DNA of 64,000 nt from Eubacteriales bacterium (lineage in GTDB: Bacteria; Bacillota; Clostridia; Oscillospirales; CAG-382). The position numbers and the translations under genes are program-made. The DNA is taken from positions 1,478 through 65,477 of the forward strand of contig JAZQKV010000086.1 of NCBI GenBank assembly GCA_045542335.1. The letters run 5' to 3'. Positions 17,587 to 27,400 of the stretch are shown in pieces. The notes under the pieces are model-generated. The model was not told the DNA's origin, made no database searches, and saw nothing but the letters and a program-made list of their open reading frames with translations. How positions within the stretch are numbered: position 1 is the stretch's first letter; each line of letters starts with the position of its first letter.

Positions 17587-18420
17587 TTAGTCCATTCTCG
17601 CAAAAACCTTTATCGCATTCATAACATCCTCTTTCATTGCCTTTTGCGCTTCAACTGCAACGTCATGGAAGAAGGTTGTATCTGTCATTTTTGCAACGGC
17701 ACTTCCTGCCGCCTTTGCCATGTAGGTATAGTAGTTAATTTTTCTTACACCGCAATCGATTACCTTCTTGTAATCCTCAACGCTCACACCGCTTCCACCA
17801 TGCATTACGATAGGAGCATCAATGAGAGACTTTATCTTACAAACTCTGTCAAAATCAAGCTTGGGCTTTGTGAGATAAACTCCGTGAGCAGTACCAAATG
17901 CACAGGCAAGGGCATCAACACCGGTCTCCTCAACAAACTTCTTTGCAAGCTCAGGGTCAGTGTAAATGCTGTCGCCGCCTTCGCCACCGCTTTCTCTTGC
18001 GCCCATGCTTCCCACTTCTGCTTCAACCGATGCGCCATACTGTGCCGCAAGCTCAACAACAATGCTTGTGTTTGCAGTATTTTCGGAAAGCTCCTTTTCA
18101 GAGCCATCGTACATTACAGATGTAAAGCCAAGGTCGAGTCCGCGCTTAACATAGTCAAGATCAACTCCATGGTCAAGGTGCATACATACAGGCACACTTG
18201 CCCTCTCTGCAAAATACTGCATCACAGGTGCAATGTCATCAATCTTGCAAAGACCCATGTCATCGTGAACCTGAGCGTGCATAATAATAACAGGCTGATT
18301 AAGTTCTTCTGCCGCCGCAATTACTGCAAGCAAACTCTCAAGATTGGGTGTGTTAAACGAACCAATGGCGCATTTCTTCGCCTCGGCAATTTTAAGGATA
18401 CTTTTTAAAGTTACAAGCAT
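17587..18420 (-). CDS. Class II ketose-bisphosphate aldolase family protein (FBA/tagatose-bisphosphate aldolase fold)
   Basis: Motifs are CMHLDHG, VMYDGS, FGTAHGVY and PIVMHGGSG. The start overlaps the upstream gene by 10 nt. Confidence 0.82.
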   Translation of the reverse strand: MLVTLKSILKIAEAKKCAIGSFNTPNLESLLAVIAAAEELNQPVIIMHAQVHDDMGLCKIDDIAPVMQYFAERASVPVCMHLDHGVDLDYVKRGLDLGFTSVMYDGSEKELSENTANTSIVVELAAQYGASVEAEVGSMGARESGGEGGDSIYTDPELAKKFVEETGVDALACAFGTAHGVYLTKPKLDFDRVCKIKSLIDAPIVMHGGSGVSVEDYKKVIDCGVRKINYYTYMAKAAGSAVAKMTDTTFFHDVAVEAQKAMKEDVMNAIKVFARMD

Positions 18421-19409
18421 TTTATTTCTTCCTCGCTATCCGTGAATTTAAGTTCAATTGCTGTTTTATAAGACTGTCCGGGAGCTATGAATTTCAAAAG
18501 ACCTTGCTTTCTCATGACATCTCTGCCGTCAGGAGTGCAGTTCGCAGGTTCAAGTCCGAGAACATATTCGCCCTCGCCCATCATTTTCCATTCGGTAAAA
18601 TAATCAAGAGTTTGCTTGTCATAGCTCATCTTGAGTCCCTTTTTAATATCGGGATTGAATATTCCGACAGAGGCTGTGCCGTTTTTGTCCTTGACATCAT
18701 AAAAATAGCACATTTCTTCATAGTTTGCCTGCGGAACTTCCATTTTCTTTCTGTTTTCAATGTCAGAATCCGCATGGGCATTTCTTGCTTTAACAGAGTT
18801 TTCCGGAATAACAACCACAGAATTTTCCGAAAGAAGCGGATAACCCATGTTGAAATGGTAAAGAAGCATACAAGGGCTGTCCGTTGTCCCAAGGTTTATT
18901 ACAGAGTCCTCAATTTTAAGAATGTTTTCGTTTTTGGAACAGATATACTTTCTTTCAAGCATGAGCTTTCTTCCAAAAAGCGAAGCATCCCTGACAGACG
19001 CATTTATAACTATCTCATTTTCAGTTTCGGTGTAATAATAGTTTTCGCAAGGGGTGTTTGAGATTGTTCCATGCAAAGGAAGCTCCTCTCCCTCGTCAAC
19101 ACAAGGCGAACCCACTGCAGTAAGACCGCAGGTGGTAAGAAAACCTGCCGTGAAGGATTTCAGAAAGCCTCCGCCAACACCGTCATAAAACGCAGGCGCA
19201 ACATAACCGCAAGGAGCAAAGAAGCCCATGTTCACACCCTCAAAAGAGAGTCTTGAGATATCCATTGCACGATCCGCCGAAAGAGTGAACTGCAGTCCCT
19301 TGCCGTTGCGCACTTCAAGCAAAGTCATGCCCTTACCCTTGCCTTTGGCAAGAGTCATTTCCTCAACGCCGCAAAGCTGGGAAGGATGACCGATATATCC
19401 GTTAATCAT
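18411..19409 (-). CDS. Aldose-1-epimerase-like (galactose mutarotase fold) protein, DUF4432-type
   Basis: The protein is 332 aa and its N-terminus is GVEEMTLAKGKGKGMTLLEVRNGKGLQFTLSADRAMDISRLSFEGVNMGF. The call is by resemblance only. The gene overlaps the kinase stop by 8 nt. Confidence 0.55.
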   Translation of the reverse strand: MINGYIGHPSQLCGVEEMTLAKGKGKGMTLLEVRNGKGLQFTLSADRAMDISRLSFEGVNMGFFAPCGYVAPAFYDGVGGGFLKSFTAGFLTTCGLTAVGSPCVDEGEELPLHGTISNTPCENYYYTETENEIVINASVRDASLFGRKLMLERKYICSKNENILKIEDSVINLGTTDSPCMLLYHFNMGYPLLSENSVVVIPENSVKARNAHADSDIENRKKMEVPQANYEEMCYFYDVKDKNGTASVGIFNPDIKKGLKMSYDKQTLDYFTEWKMMGEGEYVLGLEPANCTPDGRDVMRKQGLLKFIAPGQSYKTAIELKFTDSEEEIKCL

Positions 19410-20850
19410 TTGAATAAATCTCCTTTACTGCGGAGTAGATTTTCTTGTACTTTGCATACTGCTTCACATAAAACTCATGCTTTGCCATATCTGGCGTAAA
19501 GACCTTTCTCTTGCTGAGAAGCCTCACATCATCGCCGTACATTCCCACCGCTTTACCGGCAAGGTATGCCGTACCTGCCGCACCTACTTCACTTCCGTTA
19601 AGTGCAGTAACAGGGATCCCCAACACATCTGCCTTTATCTGAAGCCATACGTCAGAGTTTGCGCCGCCCCCCGTTGCGATGAGCATTTTGGGAGCAATGC
19701 CGAAGCTACCGAGCACCTCAAGGTTGAGCATAATCTCGTATGCCGTACCCTCCATAAGTGCCTTGTAAATATCCGATTTTCCGTGTTCAAAGGTAAGTCC
19801 TATTATTGCCGCCGTTGATGTGCCATCCATGTAAGGTGTCGCCGCACCCGCAAAGTGAGGCATAATCATAAGTTCCGACGGAGCATCCTTGACGGTTTTG
19901 TCCATCACGGCATAGGAACAATCCGAGAAATTGTCCCTGAACCACTTGAGGGTCGCTCCTCCTGCATACGAAAGCACATAGCAGGCATATTTGCCGTTAA
20001 TGTGCGGAGCAATGGAATATCCTGCATCATAAAGGGCAAAATCCTTGGGCACGCTGTCAAATATAACCGGTACGCACTCAACCGTACCTGTGCCGTCCAT
20101 AACCTCATCGCACTCAAACACATTTGCACCCGTCATTGCGGCAATCTGGTCATGGCATCCCGATACAATCACAGTTTCATCGGAAAGTCCAAGCTCTGCT
20201 GCAATATCGGGTTTTATCTTACCGGCAACACTTCCTGTCGCAACAGGTGTTGACAAAAGGCTCTCATCTATACCGCAGTAATCAAGAAGCTCCTTGTCCC
20301 AACATTTGCCCACAATGTCAAAGCACGCCGTTCTTGCTGCAAGGGAATAGTCAATTCTACGCTCACCTGTGAGCATATAGACAACAAAATCCTGCATGAG
20401 AAGTATGCACTTTGCCTTTGCATAGGCATCGGGCATATTGTTTTTCACCCACATGATTTTGGGCAGGGAGTACATTTCGTGGGGAGCTACGCCTGTTCTG
20501 AATGCGAGATTCTGTGCACCAAATTTTGCAACAAGCTCCGAAACATACTCTTTTCCTCTTGGGTCTGTGTAAAGCATGGAAGGAGCACACGGTACGTCGT
20601 TACTGTCAAGCATGGTAAAGGTTTCTCCGAAGCTTGTCACGGCAATAGAGCAGAGCTCATCGCACGCCGCCTTCGAAAGAATCTCCTTTACGCTTTCAAA
20701 AATCTCCTTTGCATCTACATTGTGCAAACCGTTTTCACGTTTTACATCATATTCCTTATAGAAGCTGTTATGTAAATTGCCTTTTTCATCGTAGATTACG
20801 ATTTTGCAACCGCTTGTTCCGATGTCAAGTCCGCCTGCGTACATTATCAT
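19402..20850 (-). CDS. FGGY-family carbohydrate kinase (substrate not assignable)
   Basis: The N-terminus is GLDIGTSGCKIVIYD and the C-terminus is ATGGGANSDVWLQIKADVLGIPV. The protein is 482 aa. Confidence 0.88.
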   Translation of the reverse strand: MIMYAGGLDIGTSGCKIVIYDEKGNLHNSFYKEYDVKRENGLHNVDAKEIFESVKEILSKAACDELCSIAVTSFGETFTMLDSNDVPCAPSMLYTDPRGKEYVSELVAKFGAQNLAFRTGVAPHEMYSLPKIMWVKNNMPDAYAKAKCILLMQDFVVYMLTGERRIDYSLAARTACFDIVGKCWDKELLDYCGIDESLLSTPVATGSVAGKIKPDIAAELGLSDETVIVSGCHDQIAAMTGANVFECDEVMDGTGTVECVPVIFDSVPKDFALYDAGYSIAPHINGKYACYVLSYAGGATLKWFRDNFSDCSYAVMDKTVKDAPSELMIMPHFAGAATPYMDGTSTAAIIGLTFEHGKSDIYKALMEGTAYEIMLNLEVLGSFGIAPKMLIATGGGANSDVWLQIKADVLGIPVTALNGSEVGAAGTAYLAGKAVGMYGDDVRLLSKRKVFTPDMAKHEFYVKQYAKYKKIYSAVKEIYSND

Positions 20851-20884
20851 GCCCTTCCTTTCAGATAATCTATGTACTTATCAA

Positions 20885-22282
20885 TTAAAGCTCAATCATT
20901 TCATATCCGAGGTAAGTTGTAAAGGCTTCTCTGATAATGTGAGCCATGTGTCCCTTACCTACTGCGGTATGATGGCGGTAGCCGTTCTTTGCAAGCTTGA
21001 TAAGCTTTCTCTGGAGATCATCGATAACAGCAACGCCGCCGCAACCAAAGAATTCTTTTTCAATTTCCTCGTCTGTAAAGCGTCCCTCATCAACATAGCA
21101 GATGAGCTTTCCGTCCTCTGTTTTGCAGTTGGAGAAGGTCATATCAAATGCGGCAATTCTTCCCTCGTTGCTTCCCCATCCACAGCCGGGACAGCCCTTT
21201 GCAAACATCTTGTGGTCAGTTACTGTTCCCTTTTCGGTCATGAGGCTCTGTGCGATAGGTCCGCAATGGAAAAGGATAACCTTGTTGGGATCGTCGCCGT
21301 AGTTATTGTTCCAGTCAACGCAGGCTGTGGGGGTTTCGGATGCAAGCTGCATTGCATACATATTGATTGCAGAGCAAAGGTCGATTTCGCAAGATGCAAC
21401 AATACCTCTGTCGTTAAGCTCACTGAGAAGCACGCAAGGAGCAACTCCGAGAACTGTCTGCATTTCCTCCCAGCAACGCAGTGTCACGCAGTCAAGGTGA
21501 TACTCACTCATCATGTCGTCAATGGCAACGGAAACCTTTGCAAGTGTAATGGTCTTATCCTTTGGTACAAGCGAGAAGTCTGTATAATTTACAAGTCTTT
21601 CGACCTTTGCAACCACCTTTGCATCGTCGTCCTTCATGTTCTGAACACGGTAGAACAATTCGGAAAGGTCGTATGTATCGCAGGTGATGCCGTATTTTTG
21701 GAGAGTTATTTCATCATAACGAACGGTCTTGAACTTTGTTGTTCTTGCACCGATAACGCCGATTGTGAAACGCTTCATACCCTTTACGACACGGCACACA
21801 GCGGCAAAATCCTTGATGTTCTTGTCAAATTCCTCTGTGCAAGGGTGAACAACGTGAGGCGTCATAACAGTAAAGGGGATCTTATACTGATAGAAAACGT
21901 CGCAGAAAGAAAATTTTCCGCAATAGGAGTCACGGCGATGCTCAAAATCCATTTTGCCGATTTCGTCGGGATAAGCCTGAATGAAAATGGGAGTTCCGCA
22001 GTCCTTGATTGCGGCAACCGCACCGTTTTCATCGCTGAAGTTGGGAAGTGACATGATAACACCGTCGTATTCGCCCTCATGGGATTTGAGCCACTTTGCA
22101 TATGCAATGCCCTCGTCCTTGGTTTCAACGGCACCATATCTTGTCATGTCTGCCGGAGGCATAAGAAAATCATAGCCTGCCTTTACAACCGCACCGGAAA
22201 CCTCATCTCTTGCAGAAGCGATAAGAGTTTCGGGGAAAAATCCTCTGTTACCGAAAAATAACGCGAATGTCTGTTTTTTCAT
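20885..22282 (-). CDS. L-fucose/L-arabinose isomerase-family protein (COG2407-like sugar isomerase)
   Basis: MKKQTFALFFGNRGFFPETLIASARDE...PNFSDENG is typical of this family. I prefer the ATG at 22282 (RBS AAAGGTG) over the GTG at 22294, which lies inside the RBS. Confidence 0.68.
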   Translation of the reverse strand: MKKQTFALFFGNRGFFPETLIASARDEVSGAVVKAGYDFLMPPADMTRYGAVETKDEGIAYAKWLKSHEGEYDGVIMSLPNFSDENGAVAAIKDCGTPIFIQAYPDEIGKMDFEHRRDSYCGKFSFCDVFYQYKIPFTVMTPHVVHPCTEEFDKNIKDFAAVCRVVKGMKRFTIGVIGARTTKFKTVRYDEITLQKYGITCDTYDLSELFYRVQNMKDDDAKVVAKVERLVNYTDFSLVPKDKTITLAKVSVAIDDMMSEYHLDCVTLRCWEEMQTVLGVAPCVLLSELNDRGIVASCEIDLCSAINMYAMQLASETPTACVDWNNNYGDDPNKVILFHCGPIAQSLMTEKGTVTDHKMFAKGCPGCGWGSNEGRIAAFDMTFSNCKTEDGKLICYVDEGRFTDEEIEKEFFGCGGVAVIDDLQRKLIKLAKNGYRHHTAVGKGHMAHIIREAFTTYLGYEMIEL

Positions 22283-22306
22283 AGTTCTATACACCTTTCA
22301 CAAAAA

Positions 22307-22335
22307 ATTTTATTTCACCATATTGATTTTATCAA
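22307..22335 (-). promoter_or_regulatory. Sigma-A promoter of the isomerase-kinase-epimerase-aldolase operon
   Basis: The minus strand reads TTGATA-17 nt-TAAAAT. It interleaves with the divergent regulator promoter. Confidence 0.45.
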
Positions 22336-22350
22336 ATATTGTGATATAAT
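22323..22350 (+). promoter_or_regulatory. Sigma-A promoter of the PocR/AraC regulator gene
   Basis: TTGATT-16 nt-TGATATAAT. Confidence 0.5.
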
Positions 22351-22405
22351 TATAGTCAATTCTATCTAAAAAATTGTAAATTTGTACGAAACGGTGGATA
22401 AATTT

Positions 22406-23209
22406 ATGAAATTAAAACTGAATATCCAAAAGCTCGAAGAAATCATGAGGGCGTTTTACACGCTCACAGGCATCCGCTTTGTGATTTTTGACAGCGACTA
22501 CAACGAAATACTTGCATATCCGGAGGTGCCGTGTGAGTTTTGTGCAAAGCTACGGTCAAATCCGACACTTCGTGAAAAATGTCGCATGAGCGATATTTGT
22601 GCATTTGAAAAGTGCCGTAAAAGCAAGGAAGTGCTTATTTACAAATGCCATGCAGGTCTTGTGGAAACCTGCACTCCCATAAAAAATGAGGACAAGATTC
22701 TGGGATATGTGATTTTCGGTCAGATTGCAGACACAAAGGACAAGGATGAGCTTAAAAGCATAACAAGCAAATCCGCACCCCAATGCCCCACCGACGGCAT
22801 AAACTACAAGAGCGAGAGCGAAATTCTTGCAGCAGCAAAGCTTCTTGAGATGTGTACGGACTATCTTCTTTTAAAGGAGATAATAGAGGCAGATACCGAA
22901 AAAATCATCACCGACGTAAAGGAGTATATTTCCCTGCATCTCGGGCAGGACATAAAAACAAGCGACCTTTGCACTTTAGCAAACGTCACCCGTACAAAGC
23001 TCTATGAAATCTTTGCCCGTGAATGTGGAATGGGAATTGCACGCTACATAAAAACCGAGCGTCTGAAAAAAGCACGACATCTTCTCAAAACAACCTCGCT
23101 TTCCATAACCGAGATTTCCGATTCAACAGGGTTTGCGGATTACAACTATTTCAGCCGTGTTTTCAAGGACTATTTCGGCGTTTCTCCGTCAAAGTTCAGA
23201 AAAAAATAG
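22406..23209 (+). CDS. AraC-family regulator with an N-terminal PocR sensory domain
   Basis: The PocR-like Cys-rich segment is PCEFCAKLRSNPTLREKCRMSDICAFEKCRKSKEVLIYKCHAGLVETCTPI. The C-terminus is LSITEISDSTGFADYNYFSRVFKDYFGVSPSKFRK. I prefer the ATG at 22406 (RBS GGTGGA 7 nt upstream) over the TTG at 22382. Confidence 0.82.
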   Translation: MKLKLNIQKLEEIMRAFYTLTGIRFVIFDSDYNEILAYPEVPCEFCAKLRSNPTLREKCRMSDICAFEKCRKSKEVLIYKCHAGLVETCTPIKNEDKILGYVIFGQIADTKDKDELKSITSKSAPQCPTDGINYKSESEILAAAKLLEMCTDYLLLKEIIEADTEKIITDVKEYISLHLGQDIKTSDLCTLANVTRTKLYEIFARECGMGIARYIKTERLKKARHLLKTTSLSITEISDSTGFADYNYFSRVFKDYFGVSPSKFRKK

Positions 23210-23246
23210 ATTCTCCTCTTTTCACAATGCCTTTACACAAAAAGCG

Positions 23247-23286
23247 TCGCCGCAGACAAGTCTTTCCTGTCTGCGGCGGTGTTTTT
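23247..23286. terminator. Bidirectional rho-independent terminator (ends the heme operon and the regulator gene)
   Basis: CGCCGCAGACA / TGTCTGCGGCG forms an 11-bp stem followed by GTGTTTTT. A-rich sequence lies on the other side. Confidence 0.85.
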
Positions 23287-23293
23287 AGCTTTT

Positions 23294-24442
23294 TTACTGT
23301 TCTGCCACACTCTTAAGTGCAGATTTTACATGAGAGAGGTCTTCGACTGTAACCGTGCCATCCTCATTTATGTCAAGGCGTTCAATGGTGTTGTCCTCGG
23401 TAAACTCGGAGAAGCCACGCATTACTCTTATAAAGTCGTCAATGTCAACAACTCCGTCGCCGTAAGGCTCGGAATAAGAGCCGGAAATGTCGCCGGGAGA
23501 AAGCGTGATGTCGCCAAGCGAAGCACCTGACGGGGTGACGGTAAATTCAACGGTATATGGCAGATAGCCGTTCTTGAGAATCTCGCCGTAATAGCTTCCG
23601 GGTGCGACTACAATGCTGAACGGAATGCTTCCGACAGCGGTATCCGGCGTTTCAAGCTGTGCGCTTCTCACAAGCTGATTCTTGTCGGAGGAGGTGTAAA
23701 TATTCAGCGTAGCAAGGTTTGAATATCCGCTTTCGGCGTTAACAATCGGCGTGTCTCCGTCGGCACGAATCGTCACAAGATTTCCGGTGATGCTTGCTTC
23801 GTCGGCATCATATGCAAAGGTAAATTCCGAGAGCACCGCACCCGTTTCTCCGTCCGCCGAAAGATAGAACACTCTTGAAGCATTGTCTATCTTTACAGGG
23901 GAAGCAGTGGTCGATGTCGGGAACACACCGGAAAGTGCACTGTCGGTAAGCTCCGCCGTTTCCAGACGCAGGGAGGATGCTGATTTGCTCTTGCCTTCGG
24001 CGACTTTATAGGTAAAACCGCACACGGTAGCCTTTGTGCTGAAATCTGCACCGTCCGCCTCGGTTGAAAGCGAAAGGTTTACGGTTGTAAGTGTGCCGTT
24101 GACAACATATTCAGGTGCGAGAAGGTTAAATCCCATGGCAGGCACAAAGCAAGCCGTCACCTCTGATTGCTCCGATGCACTTATTTCAAGAGCCGTTCCG
24201 TCTGCCGCACAAGGCACTATAACCGTGTTGTCATAGGAAAACACGAACTGTACCGAGCGCAGAGTGTCGGAGGTTACATCAAAATTCAGCGTGCAAATGC
24301 CATCCATTTCTTCTCCGACACTTTCGGTTATGCTGACGTATGCGGTTTTGTCACCCGTATGAGCAACGGCTGTGATAATTCCCACAACAATGGTAAGGGC
24401 AATCAGAACTGCGCTTACTGCAAAAATACTTTTTTTACGCAT
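23294..24442 (-). CDS. Membrane-anchored or secreted protein with cohesin-like beta-sandwich module(s), an X-module and a C-terminal dockerin
   Basis: The N-terminal hydrophobic anchor is IFAVSAVLIALTIVVGIITAV. The cohesin-like segment is ICTLNFDVTSDTLRSVQFVFSYDNTVIVP...GTLTTVNLSLS...CGFTYKVAEGKS. The X-module is GSYYGEILKNGYLPYTVEFTV. The dockerin is GDGVVDIDDFIRVMRGF..DINEDGTVTVEDLSHVKSAL. The RBS GGGGGAG sits 12 nt after the upstream stop. Confidence 0.7.
   Translation of the reverse strand: MRKKSIFAVSAVLIALTIVVGIITAVAHTGDKTAYVSITESVGEEMDGICTLNFDVTSDTLRSVQFVFSYDNTVIVPCAADGTALEISASEQSEVTACFVPAMGFNLLAPEYVVNGTLTTVNLSLSTEADGADFSTKATVCGFTYKVAEGKSKSASSLRLETAELTDSALSGVFPTSTTASPVKIDNASRVFYLSADGETGAVLSEFTFAYDADEASITGNLVTIRADGDTPIVNAESGYSNLATLNIYTSSDKNQLVRSAQLETPDTAVGSIPFSIVVAPGSYYGEILKNGYLPYTVEFTVTPSGASLGDITLSPGDISGSYSEPYGDGVVDIDDFIRVMRGFSEFTEDNTIERLDINEDGTVTVEDLSHVKSALKSVAEQ
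23315..23461 (-). other. Dockerin module (subtype A), C-terminal
   Basis: GDGVVDIDDFIRVMRGFSEFTEDNTIERLDINEDGTVTVEDLSHVKSAL. Confidence 0.75.
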
Positions 24443-24454
24443 TTTAACTCCCCC

Positions 24455-27400
24455 TTACTCCGAAACTGTATCCGACGCTTCACAGCCCATAACTCTTATT
24501 TCGGTAACAGCGGGCCAACGGTCGGTGGTTGTATTGTTGAGCTCTTTGATTTTAATGCTTGTTGTTGTGACAGGCTCATCAAATTCAAGCCACATCATTT
24601 CGCTTGTCTTTTTCATTGCAAGCCAGGCGGTCGTGCCGTCTGAAAGTTCAACAGTGCAGGATGTAAAGTAATCATCATGGTCAAAATCCGCCCGAATCTT
24701 TATTCCCACAGAGCTTACACACACGCTTCTTCCAAAGTCTATGCTTGCATAATCGTCGCTTGCATCGCCCTGATTAAGTCCCCAGCTCATAACGGGGTAG
24801 CCAAGACCTGTTGCGTCGTAATAGTGCAGAAGATTCATTTCAAAGCCATCAATAAGCGCACGGGCACGACAGTAATTTGAGCTGTAACGTGAAGAAACCG
24901 TCGCGTGCGGATAAATACCGGTGGCATCGTCGAGGTCAAAGGGATTGAGCGCAAGGTTACGCACAGAGGAAAGCTCGTCGTTGGTGGGAATTCTTGCGCT
25001 TGCAGTGTTCTCGGTGTAAAGCGTAAAGGCTTCCGTCGGGAAAACCGTTGACGCATACGAGGGAAATGTGTAAGTGAACACACCGTCAGGAACATAGATT
25101 ATGCTTTCGGCAACCTTGGGTGTAAAGGTGAAAGCAAGATATTTATGTCCTTCGGGAAGTGTTACGGTAAAGGTGTCACCCTGAGCATATTTGCGGGGAA
25201 TTGTGATGTACGCAGATTCGCTGTCTGTTGCAGAAGTACTTACGCCGTCTGCTCCGGCAAAGCTTATGGTTATCTCACCGGGCATTTCAAGACCTGCAAG
25301 CTTTTTCTTTGCCTGAGTGTCAAGCATTTCATAGAAATCACGTTTGCTGTCCTTTTCGGTGGCATCCCTCAGGTCATTGTCGCTCCAATTGACATTTTTA
25401 TCATACTTACCATAGGCGGGAACGCCAAGGTCAATCCATGCTCTTATGGTGCGAAGCTCGGCATCGGTAAGGTTATACGGTTCAAGAAGTGTGAAAAGTC
25501 CGGTGCTTGTCTTTGAGCCATACTCATAGGGCTCAAGCATTTCAGGCTTACTCATGGAATATATCCAATTGATATAGCTGTTTTGATAATCTCCGATCCA
25601 TTGAATATTGCTCTTTGGAGTTGAGCCTGTAAGCACGAGATAGGAAAGCGGGAAGGACTTCTTCATTCTTGGCGCAGGCATGAGCTTGCCGCCGAGATAG
25701 ATTTTTGAAGGCTCGGACACAATACTGCTTTGCTCGCCGCCAACTTTTATGTCGTATGCATACAGTGCAAAATCTGCGCCTATTTCGCCGCTCGCATTGG
25801 GTACTTCCATTGCAAGGATATTCTGACCCTGCACAAAATACTTTGATATTGCAGTGCCGAGGTCAAATATGTCATACCCTGTATTATAGCCGTTCTTTTC
25901 CCATATAAGGTTTCCGTTGAGATAAAGCTTTGGGTCTTCATCATAAAGTGCATACAGCTTGATGCCGCAATTTGAATACTCCGCAAGATTCTCAATATTA
26001 AAGGCTGTCCTTGCATAAAGTGTATTTCCGTCGCCTTTGTATTCCGTATTATAGCCCACGGCTTTCATGTTTCCAAACGGTGCGTCGTTAAGTGTCCACG
26101 AAGAATCATCAAAAGTGTTTGATGTCCATGAGGAATCGGGAGCTTCTGCGGTGTAAACATTGGTCCAGGTAGCTCTCGGATCAACCAGATATTTTTCGTC
26201 AAATGCCTTAAAATGGGCATAAAGACCAAGGTCAAAATATCCGCCGTAAGCATTTGTAGGGTTGGTAAGTCTGACGGAAATCACGTTATCGCCCACAACA
26301 AGGGCATCCTTGAAGGCTTCGTCAAGGTAAACATCTCTGTAACCCCAACCGGTATAATAGCCTCCGCTTCCGCCGGCGGTATTGTTAAGGAACTTTGTTC
26401 CGTTGACGTAAAATTCGGGAGCTTGTGCATAAAAGGCATTGAGGCTGAAGTCTGCCTTTGCAAGCATATCCGCAGTAACGGTGAAATGCTTTCTTACCCA
26501 AAGATAGCCTGCAACCTGAAGTTCGCCCCATGTCGTTGCGTAGGTTCTCTTTGTGCCGTTACCAAAGGGAGCATTGCCGGTTGACCAGGACGAAGCATCA
26601 AAGTCTGCGGCGTGAACAGCCGTGCCGAGGGTATCACTTGAAGCGACGTTATAGCTCCAGCTTGAACCCTTGTCGATAAGTGTTGTGGTATAGCTTTCGG
26701 TAATGAGGTTTCTTTCCACAATACCGCTTGCAAGCAATGCCATATCATAGCCTGCCTCGCCGTTTGCCTCATTTGGAGCAGCCGTCGCAAGGACATTTGT
26801 ACCCTCGCGAAGATACTTTGTGCAGGTTGAGCCAAGGTCAATCGTTGTGTAACCTGTTGTATAGCCGGAGGTAGAATAGATGAGGTTGCCGTTAAGGTAA
26901 ATGCTCGGGTCTTGGTCGTAAAGCAGATTCATTTTAAGGGTCACGCCCTCATATTCTGAAAGGTCTTCAATTTCAAAGCTCTGACGGACATACATGGTGT
27001 TTCCACCGGCAACTACAAAATTTGAGTTTGTTCCCACGCATTTTACGTTTCCGATGGGACCTTCACCCGATGTCCATGAACTGTCATCAAAGTCCACGGC
27101 GGTCCAGTTTTCGGGAGCACCCGTCGCATTGTCAATCACGCTGTATTTAAGCTCACTTCTTGCTTCAACAAGGTACTTTTCGTCGTACTTGCGGAAATCT
27201 GCGTAAAGTCCAAGGTCAAACGCACCGCCATTTGCATTTGCGTTTGTTGGGTTGGTAAGTCTGACGGCGATTGTGTTTGTGCCAACCTTTAAGGCACTCT
27301 TGAAATCTTCGTCAAGGTAAACGTCACGGTAGCCCCAGCTTGTGAACCAGCCGCCGCTTCCGGAGGTGGTATTATTAAGGAACTTTTTGCCGTTGACGTA

